DNA of 35,581 bases from Comamonas sp. (GTDB lineage: Bacteria > Pseudomonadota > Gammaproteobacteria > Burkholderiales > Burkholderiaceae_C): NCBI GenBank assembly GCA_051887595.1, contig JBJEZV010000193.1:1-35581 (forward strand). The letters are read 5' to 3'. The translations under genes were made by a program, and so were the position numbers. A model generated the notes under the pieces. That model had not been told where the DNA came from. It saw nothing but the letters and a program-made list of their open reading frames with translations, and did no database searches. Shown here one piece after another: positions 17,490-27,020 of this stretch (the stretch's first letter is position 1; each line of letters opens with the position of its first letter).

Positions 17490-17603
17490 GATCCGTTGAT
17501 TCAATAGCGCTTGTTCTACCGCCGCCGTCTGGCCTTGGATTTGCGCGAAGGCCTGGACGACAACGTGTTCCGCAATTTGGCGCAGTGGCTGATCAAGCCC
17601 TAG
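17490..17603 (+). pseudogene. Possible 3' remnant of a deleted gene
   Basis: Frame reads DPLIQ*RLFYRRRLALDLREGLDDNVFRNLAQWLIKP* with host-like GC3-rich codons but no start or RBS. Confidence 0.35.
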
Positions 17604-17618
17604 CACCTGCACAAGCGC

Positions 17619-18500
17619 TTATCCCTGTTCCGCCAGCAATTCCTGCAGGGTCTTTACTTGCAAACGCAGTCGCTCGTTTTCGGCTTCGAGCTCTTGCACG
17701 CGGGCTTGCAAGGTTTCGACAGAGGCGGGCGCAGCTGAGGTTTCGCCCATTGCAGGCGTTTCGTCGCTCACAGGCTTTTCGGTGCGGGCTTTTTTCTTGG
17801 CTTCGCGCACGCGTTTGGCGGCTTGTTTGAGGCCGTCGGCTCCTTCTGCGGCCACGGCTTGTTGCTCTTCCACTGGCAAGCTGGCGACCACGGCAGCAGC
17901 GTTGAGCGACAGCTCGCCAGCCTTGACGGCGGCCACCACTTCGGGCGCAGCCTTTTGCTGGATGGTCTCAATCATCTTGACCTGACCAGCCGACAATCGC
18001 GCGGCGCGGGCCAGGGCTTCGCGGGTATCGAGCGCTTCATCAGGCACTTTGGGCACATTGGCCAGGGCCTGCGCAACCACGGGGTCAGTATCGCCTTCCC
18101 ACGGTGCTTGGGCAGCATCACCGGCATCGGCCTTCGCAGCTTGCACAGCGGCAGCAGCTTGGGCGCGGCGCTCAGCGATGATTTCGCGCTTGCGCAGGGC
18201 CAGCACGCCGCGCTGGAAGTCGGACACCGAGCGGCGGCCCAGATGCTGGTCGATCATCCACAGGTGGATGTCTTCCATGTTCTGAAAGCGCGTGTTCTGT
18301 ATGGTGTTGAACGGCAGGCCGTGCTTTTGGCAAATGCTGTAGCGGTTGTGGCCGTCCACCAAGATATTGCCCCACAGCACCAGCGCGTCGCGGCAACCTT
18401 CATCGAGGATGCTGCGCTCCAGCGCTTCGTACTCATCGGGGGTCAAGGGGTCGATATAGGCCTTAAGTTCAGGCAGGACAACAATCTCTTCGGTGCTCAT
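17619..18500 (-). CDS. Orphan ParB/Srx-like DNA-binding protein (often annotated 'plasmid replication/partition related protein')
   Basis: ILVDGHNRY (GxxR-type ParB motif), HLGRRSVSDFQR, HTH-like TREALARAARLSAGQV, and a C-terminal coiled coil; ATG 18500. Confidence 0.8.
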   Translation of the reverse strand: MSTEEIVVLPELKAYIDPLTPDEYEALERSILDEGCRDALVLWGNILVDGHNRYSICQKHGLPFNTIQNTRFQNMEDIHLWMIDQHLGRRSVSDFQRGVLALRKREIIAERRAQAAAAVQAAKADAGDAAQAPWEGDTDPVVAQALANVPKVPDEALDTREALARAARLSAGQVKMIETIQQKAAPEVVAAVKAGELSLNAAAVVASLPVEEQQAVAAEGADGLKQAAKRVREAKKKARTEKPVSDETPAMGETSAAPASVETLQARVQELEAENERLRLQVKTLQELLAEQG

Positions 18501-18524
18501 GGGCGGTTCCATCGTGCAGAAGTC

Positions 18525-18546
18525 AAAAGGCACCCGAGGGTGCCTT
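18525..18546 (-). terminator. Probable intrinsic terminator downstream of trhP
   Basis: Minus strand AAGGCACC-CTCG-GGTGCCTTTT. Confidence 0.6.
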
Positions 18547-18578
18547 CCGTGTGGGGCCAGTCGTGGCCTATCAAAAAG

Positions 18579-18658
18579 AGAGCTACTTGCCTAAGTGCAG
18601 ACTGGTTTTCAAATAGTTTTATATTGGAAAAGCAGTCCACACAAAGGCTGGGTGCTAT
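18579..18658. repeat. 80-bp imperfect palindromic element, copy B
   Basis: AGAGCTACTTGCCT...GACTGGTTTTC...GAAAAGCAGTC...AGGCTGGGTGCTAT. Confidence 0.75.
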
Positions 18659-18666
18659 GCAAAGCT

Positions 18667-20043
18667 TTAGGCTGCAGCGGGTTGTAGCAATCGCGAGATC
18701 AAGGCGCCTTCGACGGGGCCTTCGAGCGGGATGCGTACGCGCACGGGGTTGCCCGAGGCGACTTGCACAGGCTCACCTTCCAAGTTGAACATGTGTTCGA
18801 GCTTGAGCGTGCGGTTGCCCGTGGGGTGGATCACTTCGATCGTGTCACCCACAGCAAAGCGGTTCATGGTTTCGATTTCGGCCATGCCGTTTTCGTAGCC
18901 GCGAACCGCGCCCACATAGTGGCTGCGCTGCAGTACCGAGGTGCCGGTTTCGTAGTTCTGGTAATCGTTGGCAGGACGGCGCTCCAGCAGGCCGCCGGTA
19001 TAGCCACGGTTGGCCAAGCCTTCGAGCTCGGTGATGAGGTGGGGGTTGAAGGGGCGACCGGCCACCGCATCATCGATGGCGCGGCGGTACACCTGGGCCG
19101 TGCGTGCCACGTAGTACAGGCTTTTGGTACGGCCTTCGATCTTGAGCGAATCCACACCAATCTTGGCCAGGCGTTCCACGTGCTCCACGGCGCGCAGGTC
19201 CTTGGAGTTCATGATGTAGGTGCCGTGCTCATCTTCCATGATGGGCATCATTTCGCCGGGGCGGCCCTTTTCTTCCAGCAGATAAATGGCATCGGCCTTG
19301 GGGTGGCGCTGTTGATCGCCGCAGGTGCTGGTGAACTGGTTGTCCAGATCGTTCTTGGCATCTTCGAAGTTAAAGCCCTTGTCCATGGGCTGGGCCAGCG
19401 CTTCGCCAGTGTTGGGGTCCACTTGCGCATCGTGCGTTTTGTATTCCCAGCGGCAGGCGTTGGTGCAGGTGCCCTGGTTGGGGTCGCGGCGGTTGAAGTA
19501 GCCTGACAGCAAGCAACGGCCCGAGTAGGCGATGCACAGCGCGCCGTGCACGAACACTTCGATTTCCATGTCAGGGCATTCTTGGCGGATCTTTTCAATC
19601 TCATCCAAGGACAGCTCGCGCGAGAGGATGATGCGCGAGACGCCCATCTTCTGCCAGAACTTGACGGTGGCGTAGTTGGTGGTGTTGGCCTGCACGGACA
19701 GGTGGATTTCCTGCTCGGGCCACTTTTCCTTGACCATCATGATCAGCCCGGGGTCGGCCATGATCATGGCGTCGGGCTTCATGGCAATGATGGGCTCGAT
19801 GTCGCGAAGGTAAGTGCGCACTTTGTCGTTATGCGCGATCAGGTTGGACGTCAGAAAGAATTTCTTGCCGCGCTGGTGGGCTTCTTGGATGCCTTGGGCA
19901 ATTTGTTCCATGCGGAACTCGTTATTGCGCGCACGCAGCGAATAACGTGGCTGTCCGGCGTAGACCGCATCGGCGCCAAAGTCGTAGGCGGCACGCATCT
20001 TCTCGAGCGAGCCGGCGGGAAGCAACAGTTCAGGGGCTTTCAT
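18667..20043 (-). CDS. trhP: tRNA 5-hydroxyuridine modification protein, peptidase U32 family (YegQ/TrhP)
   Basis: MKAPELLLPAGS, GADAVYAGQPRYSLR, Fe-S Cys motif EVFVHGALCIAYSGRCLLS...GTCTNACRW, and SLKIEGRTKS. Confidence 0.92.
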   Translation of the reverse strand: MKAPELLLPAGSLEKMRAAYDFGADAVYAGQPRYSLRARNNEFRMEQIAQGIQEAHQRGKKFFLTSNLIAHNDKVRTYLRDIEPIIAMKPDAMIMADPGLIMMVKEKWPEQEIHLSVQANTTNYATVKFWQKMGVSRIILSRELSLDEIEKIRQECPDMEIEVFVHGALCIAYSGRCLLSGYFNRRDPNQGTCTNACRWEYKTHDAQVDPNTGEALAQPMDKGFNFEDAKNDLDNQFTSTCGDQQRHPKADAIYLLEEKGRPGEMMPIMEDEHGTYIMNSKDLRAVEHVERLAKIGVDSLKIEGRTKSLYYVARTAQVYRRAIDDAVAGRPFNPHLITELEGLANRGYTGGLLERRPANDYQNYETGTSVLQRSHYVGAVRGYENGMAEIETMNRFAVGDTIEVIHPTGNRTLKLEHMFNLEGEPVQVASGNPVRVRIPLEGPVEGALISRLLQPAAA

Positions 20044-20138
20044 AGGGCGTGTATTTTCCTTGATTGCGCGCAGTCCGTCATCGCAGGAGGGACATGGGCT
20101 TGTGCTGCACGTGGATGGACGCGTAAGCTATCGGTAAG

Positions 20139-20218
20139 TGAGTACTCATCCTAGAATTCATGCGGTTTTCAGATATCAAACATGCTGAAAACCGCATGAA
20201 ATCTAGGCATTAAGCTAT
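20139..20218. repeat. 80-bp imperfect palindromic element, copy C
   Basis: CCTAGAATTCATGCGGTTTTCAG...CTGAAAACCGCATGAAATCTAGG (22 of 23 complementary), ending AGGCATTAAGCTAT. Confidence 0.8.
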
Positions 20219-20245
20219 GTAAATGGAGTGCTAATGCTGGGCCGC

Positions 20246-21421
20246 TTAGTCTTGCGGGCGGAAGCCGAACGTGAATTCTGACGGTACTTTGCCATTGGTG
20301 TCTTTGGGCAAAGTTTCGGTTTTGTGTAGCGCGCGCACGACGGCGTCATCCCAAGCTTTGTTGCCGCTGGACTTGAGCAGCTGCACGCTGGTGATGGTGC
20401 CATCGGGCGCCGCACGCACGCGCACTTCGGCGCGCGGATTGCCGCTGACGATGTCTGGATAGACGATGTTGGGCTTGACCTTGGCTGCCACGCGAGCGCC
20501 GTAGCCCGCCGAATGTCCGGCTGTACCACCGCCCGTGCCCTTGCCGCCGTTGGGGCCGCTGCTCTTTTCTGCAGCACCAGAGCCGCCCGAGCCTGCCAGG
20601 CCCGCCATGCGCGCCAGGTTCTCCTGGCGCAGGCGCTCGGCTTCCTTGGCCGCCTTGGCATCTTTGGCCGCTTGCTCTTTTTTGCGCTTGTCTTCAGCCG
20701 CTTTCTTGGCAGCGTCAGCCTTGGCTTTTTCTGCCTTTTCCTTCTCGGCCTTTGCTTTTTCCGCTTTTTCTTTCTCAGCCTTTTCCTTGGCCGCCTTTTC
20801 ACGGGCAGCCTTGTCTTTTTCCGCCTTCTCGCGCTTTTCCTTTTCCAGGCGCTCGCGTTCGAGTTTTTCCTTCTCGGCCTTCTCGCGTTGCTGTTGCTCC
20901 AGCTTTTCGCGTTTGTCGCGCTCTAGTTTTTCCTGGCGTTCGGCTTCGAGCTTTTCTTGTTTCAGACGCTCGGCTTTCTCACGCTCGGCTTGTTCCTTGG
21001 CCTTTTGGGCTTCAAGCTCACGCTGTTTTTGCTCAGCCTCGTGCTTTTTGCGTTCTTGCAAAGCGATTTCTGCATCGCGCTGGGCCTGCAGTTCTTGCTG
21101 CGAAGGCTGAGGCGGTGCAGGAGGTGGTGGCAAAGGAACGGGCAGCGGCTCGGGCTGCGGCGCAGGTTCCGGCTCGGGCTGTGGTTCTGGCTCGGGTGCA
21201 GGTGGTGGGGGCGGCGTAGCTGCACGCGGCGCCGCCTGCACGAAAGTGTCCGACCACAATTCGGCTTCGACAGCGGCTTGCTCTACGCTTTCGGGCGGCG
21301 AGACTTTCCACACCAGCGCGCCCACCAATACAGCGTGTGCCAGCAATGCCAGCACCCAGCTGCGCAAACGCTTGGATTGCTGGGGTGGGGCAAAGGGGTC
21401 GTGATCGAGGCGAGGGGACAT
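20246..21421 (-). CDS. tolA: Cell envelope integrity protein TolA
   Basis: Single TM helix with His (ALLAHAVLVGAL), Pro-rich linker, long E/K/A helical repeats and a TonB-C-like C-terminal domain; follows tolR. Confidence 0.92.
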   Translation of the reverse strand: MSPRLDHDPFAPPQQSKRLRSWVLALLAHAVLVGALVWKVSPPESVEQAAVEAELWSDTFVQAAPRAATPPPPPAPEPEPQPEPEPAPQPEPLPVPLPPPPAPPQPSQQELQAQRDAEIALQERKKHEAEQKQRELEAQKAKEQAEREKAERLKQEKLEAERQEKLERDKREKLEQQQREKAEKEKLERERLEKEKREKAEKDKAAREKAAKEKAEKEKAEKAKAEKEKAEKAKADAAKKAAEDKRKKEQAAKDAKAAKEAERLRQENLARMAGLAGSGGSGAAEKSSGPNGGKGTGGGTAGHSAGYGARVAAKVKPNIVYPDIVSGNPRAEVRVRAAPDGTITSVQLLKSSGNKAWDDAVVRALHKTETLPKDTNGKVPSEFTFGFRPQD

Positions 21422-21454
21422 GGAAAGAATCAGTCGCTCAAAACAAAAAAAGCA

Positions 21455-21880
<426 letters not shown>

Positions 21881-21895
21881 GGTGGGCGCTCCTGC

Positions 21896-22606
21896 TCAAT
21901 AGCCCGAGGGCGTGGCCGTGCTGGCGGGGCTGCTGATACTGCGTTGCAAGATGTTGGTGAACTCTTCCATGAAGGTTTCCTGACCATTGGCAATGCGGTC
22001 GATGGTGTTGGCGTAGCGGTTGTAGGCCGCCACAGCGGGAATCGCGGCAAACAAACCCATGGCCGTGGCCACCAGCGCCTCGGCAATACCAGGGGCAACG
22101 GTGGCCAGCGTGATTTGCTCCATGTTGGCAAAGCCTGTGAAGGCGTGCATCACACCCCAGACGGTGCCAAACAAACCAATATAAGGCGTGATGGAACCTA
22201 CTGTGCCCAAGAACGACAGGCCAGATTCCACTTCGTCCATCTCGCGCTGAAAGCTGGCGCGCATGGCGCGGCGGGTGCCATCGAGCAGCGTGCCGCTGTC
22301 GCTGATGCGGCGGTCACGCAGCTTTTTATATTCGCGCATGCCGCTGGCAAAAATGCGTTCCATGGGGCCGCCTTGTTTGGCGTTCTGGGTGGCGCTGGCG
22401 TACAAGTCGTTGAGGCTGTTGCCCGACCAGAAGTCCTGCTCGAACGCATCGTTGAGCTGGCGCACACGCTTGAGCGCCTGGGACTTGCGAAAGATGGTGG
22501 CCCAGCTCGCCACCGAGGCGGCGACCAGGATCAACATGACGAGTTGAACCACCCAGCTGGCCTGCAGGATGAGGCTGAGGATGGACATGTCTTGGGCTGC
22601 GTTCAT
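21896..22606 (-). CDS. tolQ: TolQ (MotA/ExbB family)
   Basis: PYIGLFGTVWG and VAPGIAEALVATAMGLFAAIPAV. Confidence 0.96.
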   Translation of the reverse strand: MNAAQDMSILSLILQASWVVQLVMLILVAASVASWATIFRKSQALKRVRQLNDAFEQDFWSGNSLNDLYASATQNAKQGGPMERIFASGMREYKKLRDRRISDSGTLLDGTRRAMRASFQREMDEVESGLSFLGTVGSITPYIGLFGTVWGVMHAFTGFANMEQITLATVAPGIAEALVATAMGLFAAIPAVAAYNRYANTIDRIANGQETFMEEFTNILQRSISSPASTATPSGY

Positions 22607-23016
22607 GAGAGTTTTTCCACGATGGAGTTCGGAATACGGGCTGGGCGCATGGTCTGGGCATCCACCCAGCCAATGCGAATACTGCCTTCACATAACAGTT
22701 GCGGCGCACGATCGGATGACACGGGCTGCAAAAAAGCTTGCTGCGCAATCGTGATGGATGCGCGGCCTGCCGATTGCAGCACAGCCGTGACGCTGAGCAT
22801 GTCATCCAGACGCGCAGGCTGCAGGTAGTTCAGCTCGGCTTGTGTGACGACAAACATGCCGCCCACTTCGTCGCGCAGCTGTTGCTGTGCGACGCCAAGG
22901 TGGCGCAACCATTCCGTGCGCGCACGCTCAAAAAACTTCAGGTAGTTGGCGTAGAACACGATGCCGCCGGCGTCCGTGTCTTCCCAGTACACCCGGATGG
23001 GAAAAGAGAAAGCCAT
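22603..23016 (-). CDS. ybgC: Tol-Pal-associated acyl-CoA thioesterase
   Basis: RVYWEDTDAGGIVFYANYLKFFERARTE; overlaps the tolQ start. Confidence 0.95.
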   Translation of the reverse strand: MAFSFPIRVYWEDTDAGGIVFYANYLKFFERARTEWLRHLGVAQQQLRDEVGGMFVVTQAELNYLQPARLDDMLSVTAVLQSAGRASITIAQQAFLQPVSSDRAPQLLCEGSIRIGWVDAQTMRPARIPNSIVEKLS

Positions 23017-24212
23017 CAAAGTTCCTTAGAAGCAAACAACACTTGCATGCGGCGCACCGCTTCTTGCAGTTGCTCCAGCGAATTGGCGGTCGAAAAGCGC
23101 ACATAGCGGGCCGTGTCGGCCGTGCCAAAGTCGCGCCCCGGTGTGACAGCGAGGTGAGCTTTGTCCATGAGCGCGTAGGCGAACTCCCAGCTGTCTTTGA
23201 CGCCGAGCTTGGCACACAGCGCAGTGCAATCAGCCCAGGCGTAAAACGCACCATCGGGCATGACGTCAATGCCAAAGCCCAGCTGCTGCAGTGCAGGCAA
23301 AAAGTAATCACGCCGCGCTTTGAATTCGGCGCGGCGCGCTTCAAACAACTCAAGGCTCTCTGGTGTGAAGCACGCCAGCGCCGCATGCTGGGCGATGGTG
23401 GAGGCGCAGATGAACAGGTTTTGCGCCAAGCGCTCGACCACGGGCACCATGGCTTCAGGCACCACCATCCAGCCCAGGCGCCAGCCTGTCATGTTGAAGT
23501 ATTTGCTGAAGCTGTTGATGGAGATGATGTCATCGCTGATGGCCAGCGCACTGTGGCCAAAGGCTTCGTCATACGACAGGCCCAAGTAGATTTCATCCAC
23601 GATGGTGATGCCGCCCTTGGCGCGCACCACGTCGTGGATGCGCTGCAACTCTTGTGGGGCAATGGAGGTGCCCGTAGGGTTGGAGGGCGAGGCCAGCAGC
23701 ACACCGCGCGTACGCTCGCCCCAATGGGCTTGCACCTGCTCGGCACTGAGCTGGTAGCGCTCGGCAGCGCCTGTGGGAATGAGCTTGGCCACACCTTCAG
23801 CGGCACTGACAAAGTGGCGGTTGCAAGGGTAGCTGGGATCGGGCATGAGCACTTCATCACCCGGCTCAACCAGTGCCAGACAGGCCAATTGCAGCGCGGC
23901 CGAAGCGCCCGCTGTGATGACGATGCGCTGGGCGGGCACTTCCAGGCCGAAACGGCTGCGGTACCAGTCGCTGATAGCTTCGCGCAACGCTTGCAAGCCC
24001 AGTGCGTTGGTGTATTGCGTAGCACCTGCGGTGATGGCGCGCTGGGCCGCTTGCTGCACGGCCTCGGGCGCCGTGAAGTCGGGCTCGCCGATGTTCAAAA
24101 AGATCATGGGCTCGGGGCCATCGGCCACTTGCTGGGCCAAGGCTTGGGCCGCTTTGGCCACTTCCATGACATAAAAGGGGGTGATCTTTTCGGCGCGCGA
24201 GGAAAACTTCAT
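23016..24212 (-). CDS. PLP-dependent class I/II aminotransferase
   Basis: LNIGEPDF, SPSNPTG, VDEIY and SFSKYFNMTGWRLGW; TGATG coupling to ybgC. Confidence 0.93.
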   Translation of the reverse strand: MKFSSRAEKITPFYVMEVAKAAQALAQQVADGPEPMIFLNIGEPDFTAPEAVQQAAQRAITAGATQYTNALGLQALREAISDWYRSRFGLEVPAQRIVITAGASAALQLACLALVEPGDEVLMPDPSYPCNRHFVSAAEGVAKLIPTGAAERYQLSAEQVQAHWGERTRGVLLASPSNPTGTSIAPQELQRIHDVVRAKGGITIVDEIYLGLSYDEAFGHSALAISDDIISINSFSKYFNMTGWRLGWMVVPEAMVPVVERLAQNLFICASTIAQHAALACFTPESLELFEARRAEFKARRDYFLPALQQLGFGIDVMPDGAFYAWADCTALCAKLGVKDSWEFAYALMDKAHLAVTPGRDFGTADTARYVRFSTANSLEQLQEAVRRMQVLFASKEL

Positions 24213-24260
24213 GGACTCAAGCAGCGCAGTGCGCTGTTTAGAAAAGGCAAACGGGCATGG

Positions 24261-24293
24261 AAAAAAGGCAGCGGCTGTGGAGCGCGCTGCCTT
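24261..24293 (-). terminator. Intrinsic terminator after nusB
   Basis: Minus strand AAGGCAGCG-N11-CGCTGCCTTTTTT. Confidence 0.65.
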
Positions 24294-24305
24294 CAGATGC
24301 CAAGT

Positions 24306-24842
24306 TTAGGCGGATTTTCCGGCTTTGTCGGCCTGAACTTCCGCCGTTCGCAGTTCGGGGGCCAGTGCATTCAGAATGCCGTTCACATATTTGTGGCCAT
24401 CGGTGCCGCCAAATTCTTTGGCCAGCTCAATGACTTCATTGAGCACCACGCGCCATGGCACATCCATGCAGTGCATCAGCTCGTAAGCACCAATCCACAG
24501 GCAGGCGTGCTCGACGGGAGACAGTTCTTCGAGCTTGCGGTCCAGCTTGGGGGCGATCAAAGCGTTGAGGTCTTCTTCGCTGTTGATGCAGCCATGCAGC
24601 AGCGCATCATAGTGGGCCGCATCGCACTTGTGGAAACCGGCCAAGTCACGCGTGAACATGTCGATGGAGGTGGCGCTGTTCTTGCCCACCAAGTGCTGAT
24701 AGAGCGCTTGCAGAGCAAATTCGCGCGAGCGCGTGCGTGCCGACTTGGAGGCCGCCTTGCGCACGCCAGTGCTGGTCAGGCCTGTGCGTTTTTGGCGGGT
24801 AGGGCGGCTGGCGCCCGTGGAGGAGGAAGATTCGTCGCTCAT
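24306..24842 (-). CDS. nusB: Transcription antitermination factor NusB
   Basis: [14 protein letters not shown] and [25 protein letters not shown]; follows ribH. Confidence 0.96.
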   Translation of the reverse strand: MSDESSSSTGASRPTRQKRTGLTSTGVRKAASKSARTRSREFALQALYQHLVGKNSATSIDMFTRDLAGFHKCDAAHYDALLHGCINSEEDLNALIAPKLDRKLEELSPVEHACLWIGAYELMHCMDVPWRVVLNEVIELAKEFGGTDGHKYVNGILNALAPELRTAEVQADKAGKSA

Positions 24843-25309
24843 GGTTGTTTCACAGTTTGGAGCAAGCAGGCCATTTCCACAGCCACGCGTGCAGCGTCCA
24901 CACCCTTTTCGGTTTGGCGGGCAATGGCTTGCTCAAGGTTTTCGGTGGTGATGATTGCATTGGCAATCGGCAACTGGTGGTCGAGGCTCACACGGGTCAC
25001 ACCCGCGCCGGACTCGTTGGCCACCAGTTCAAAGTGGTAGGTTTCCCCACGAATGATGCAACCCAGGGCAATGAGTGCATCGTAGCCGCCGCGGCATGCC
25101 ATGGCTTGTAGGGCCACAGGCACTTCGAGGGCCCCTGGCACCAGCACATGGTCAATGGCATCACTGGCCACGCCCAGGTTCAGCAGTTCTTGGTGGCAGG
25201 CTAGGGACAGAGCGTGGGTAATGCCCTCGTTCCAGCGCGCCTGGACAATGCCCACGCGCAAGCCTTGGCCGTTGAGGTGTTGGGCCGCGCCCTTGTCTGC
25301 ATTCAACAT
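24839..25309 (-). CDS. ribH: 6,7-dimethyl-8-ribityllumazine synthase
   Basis: [16 protein letters not shown] and [15 protein letters not shown]; ATG 25309. Confidence 0.96.
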   Translation of the reverse strand: MLNADKGAAQHLNGQGLRVGIVQARWNEGITHALSLACHQELLNLGVASDAIDHVLVPGALEVPVALQAMACRGGYDALIALGCIIRGETYHFELVANESGAGVTRVSLDHQLPIANAIITTENLEQAIARQTEKGVDAARVAVEMACLLQTVKQP

Positions 25310-25314
25310 ATCGA

Positions 25315-26436
25315 TCAATCCTTGGAGAGGTAGCCGGTAATTTCCAGACCGTAGCCTGCCATGCTAGGCATGCGGCGGGGCTGGCCCAGCAGTTGCATTT
25401 TTTGTACGCCGCATTCGCGCAGGATTTGTGCGCCAATGCCGTAGGTGCGCAGGTCCATGCGGCCGCGTTCAGGTGCTTGGGCTGCGCGCGCCTTGCCTTC
25501 AAATTGCGCCAGCAATTGGTCAGCGTTTTCGCTGCAGTTGAGCAGCACGACCACGCCTTGGCCTTTGGCGCTGATGTATTCGAGGCTGGTATCCAGGCTC
25601 CAAGAGTGCATGCTGCGCTGCACTTCCAGGGCGTCCAGCACCGACAGCGGTTCGTGCACGCGCACGGCCACTTCGGTCTCTGGCGTCCAATCGCCTTTGA
25701 CCAAGGCCATGTGTACCGACTGGCTGGGCTTGTCTTGGAACAGGTGGGCAGTGAATTCGCCCCAATGGGTGTTCAGTGTGCGTTCGCCCACCTTGGCCAG
25801 CAAAGATTCTGTGCGGCTGCGGTATTCGATCAGGTCCGCAATGGTGCCAATCTTTAAGCCGTGCTCTGCGGCAAACAGCTGCAGATCGGGCAAGCGGGCC
25901 ATGGTGCCGTCATCTTTCATGATCTCGCAGATCACAGAAGACGGTGTGCAGCCTGCCATGGCAGCCAGGTCACAGCCCGCTTCGGTGTGGCCCGCGCGAA
26001 TCAACACGCCGCCGTCCACCGCTTGCAAGGGAAAGACATGGCCGGGTTGCACCAAATCGCTAGGCTGGGCATCTTTGGCCACCGCTGTGCGAATGGTGTG
26101 GGCACGGTCGGCGGCCGAGATACCGGTGGTCACGCCTTCGGCTGCCTCGATCGAGACCGTAAAAGCGGTGCTGTAGACGGTGCCATTGCGCGCAGCCATG
26201 GGAGGCAGCTTCAGGTATTCGCAGCGCTCGCGTGTCAGCGTCAGGCAAATCAGACCACGGCCGTACTTGGCCATGAAATTGATGGCTTCTGGGGTGACGT
26301 GGTCCGAAGCCAGTACCAGATCCCCTTCGTTTTCACGGTCTTCCTCGTCCACCAAGATGACCATGCGACCAGCGCGCATGTCGGCAACGATGTCTTCAAC
26401 CGGCGAAATGGGCACGGCAGTGAGCGGGGTATTCAT
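25315..26436 (-). CDS. ribB: DHBP synthase fused to a degenerate GTP cyclohydrolase II-like domain (RibBX-type)
   Basis: RibB motifs [17 protein letters not shown] and RAGHTEA. The C-terminal domain has [11 protein letters not shown] and lacks the Zn-binding Cys motif. AAGGA RBS before ATG 26436. Confidence 0.93.
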   Translation of the reverse strand: MNTPLTAVPISPVEDIVADMRAGRMVILVDEEDRENEGDLVLASDHVTPEAINFMAKYGRGLICLTLTRERCEYLKLPPMAARNGTVYSTAFTVSIEAAEGVTTGISAADRAHTIRTAVAKDAQPSDLVQPGHVFPLQAVDGGVLIRAGHTEAGCDLAAMAGCTPSSVICEIMKDDGTMARLPDLQLFAAEHGLKIGTIADLIEYRSRTESLLAKVGERTLNTHWGEFTAHLFQDKPSQSVHMALVKGDWTPETEVAVRVHEPLSVLDALEVQRSMHSWSLDTSLEYISAKGQGVVVLLNCSENADQLLAQFEGKARAAQAPERGRMDLRTYGIGAQILRECGVQKMQLLGQPRRMPSMAGYGLEITGYLSKD

Positions 26437-26653
26437 GGAGTCGGTTCCTTGGAGGGCCTGTCGGGTTGCCGGCAGCACGGCCTTTGTGTGGGCACCCGCC
26501 CAGCATGCAGCGCAGTGCATGCGTCCAAAGAACATCGGTGCGTACGGTCAACGTCGCTGATGGCCAAGCGCCGGATGGTGCTCGGTCCGAAAGAGAGCGG
26601 CCATTTTAGTGCTATCCGAGCGACTTTTGCTCGCAGCGCCTCTTTGCAAGCTT

Positions 26654-26950
26654 TCACAAGCTGGGATCTTGCAAGCGCACGTCGCCATCGGGGTAGGCCA
26701 CACAGGGCAGTACACAGCCTTCGGCCTTTTCCTCGGCCGTGAGTCCGGGCCACTCGATCTTGTAGTGAACACTTCCTGCACTCAGTTGTCCCAAGCAGGT
26801 GCGGCAAGTGCCGTTGCGACAGGAGCTGGGCCATTGCAGCCCCCCCATTTCCAGAGAATCCAGCAACGTGTCGTGCTCCCAAGCATCGCACTGCTGGCCA
26901 CTGGGCTCAAGTTGGACGGTGTACAAGGCAGGCATGGAAGGGGTGGTCAT
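26654..26950 (-). CDS. 2Fe-2S plant-type ferredoxin
   Basis: PSSCRNGTCRTC...VLPC (C-x4-C-x2-C...C). Confidence 0.92.
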   Translation of the reverse strand: MTTPSMPALYTVQLEPSGQQCDAWEHDTLLDSLEMGGLQWPSSCRNGTCRTCLGQLSAGSVHYKIEWPGLTAEEKAEGCVLPCVAYPDGDVRLQDPSL

Positions 26951-27020
26951 AGGACGTGGAGTCGAGAAATAAACAGCGCATTGTCGCTGCTAGAGGAACC
27001 GTTGCGCACACATGTAATTT

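Noticed and set aside
17429-17830. 133-aa plus-strand ORF after iclR
   Set aside because: TTG start without RBS, overlaps the parB-like gene antisense, and has no protein-like features.
20620-21220. Low-complexity repeats inside tolA
   Set aside because: Expected Pro-rich and E/K/A helical linker of TolA, not a separate element.
26437-26653. FMN riboswitch upstream of ribB
   Set aside because: The conserved RFN sequence blocks are not found on the coding strand.
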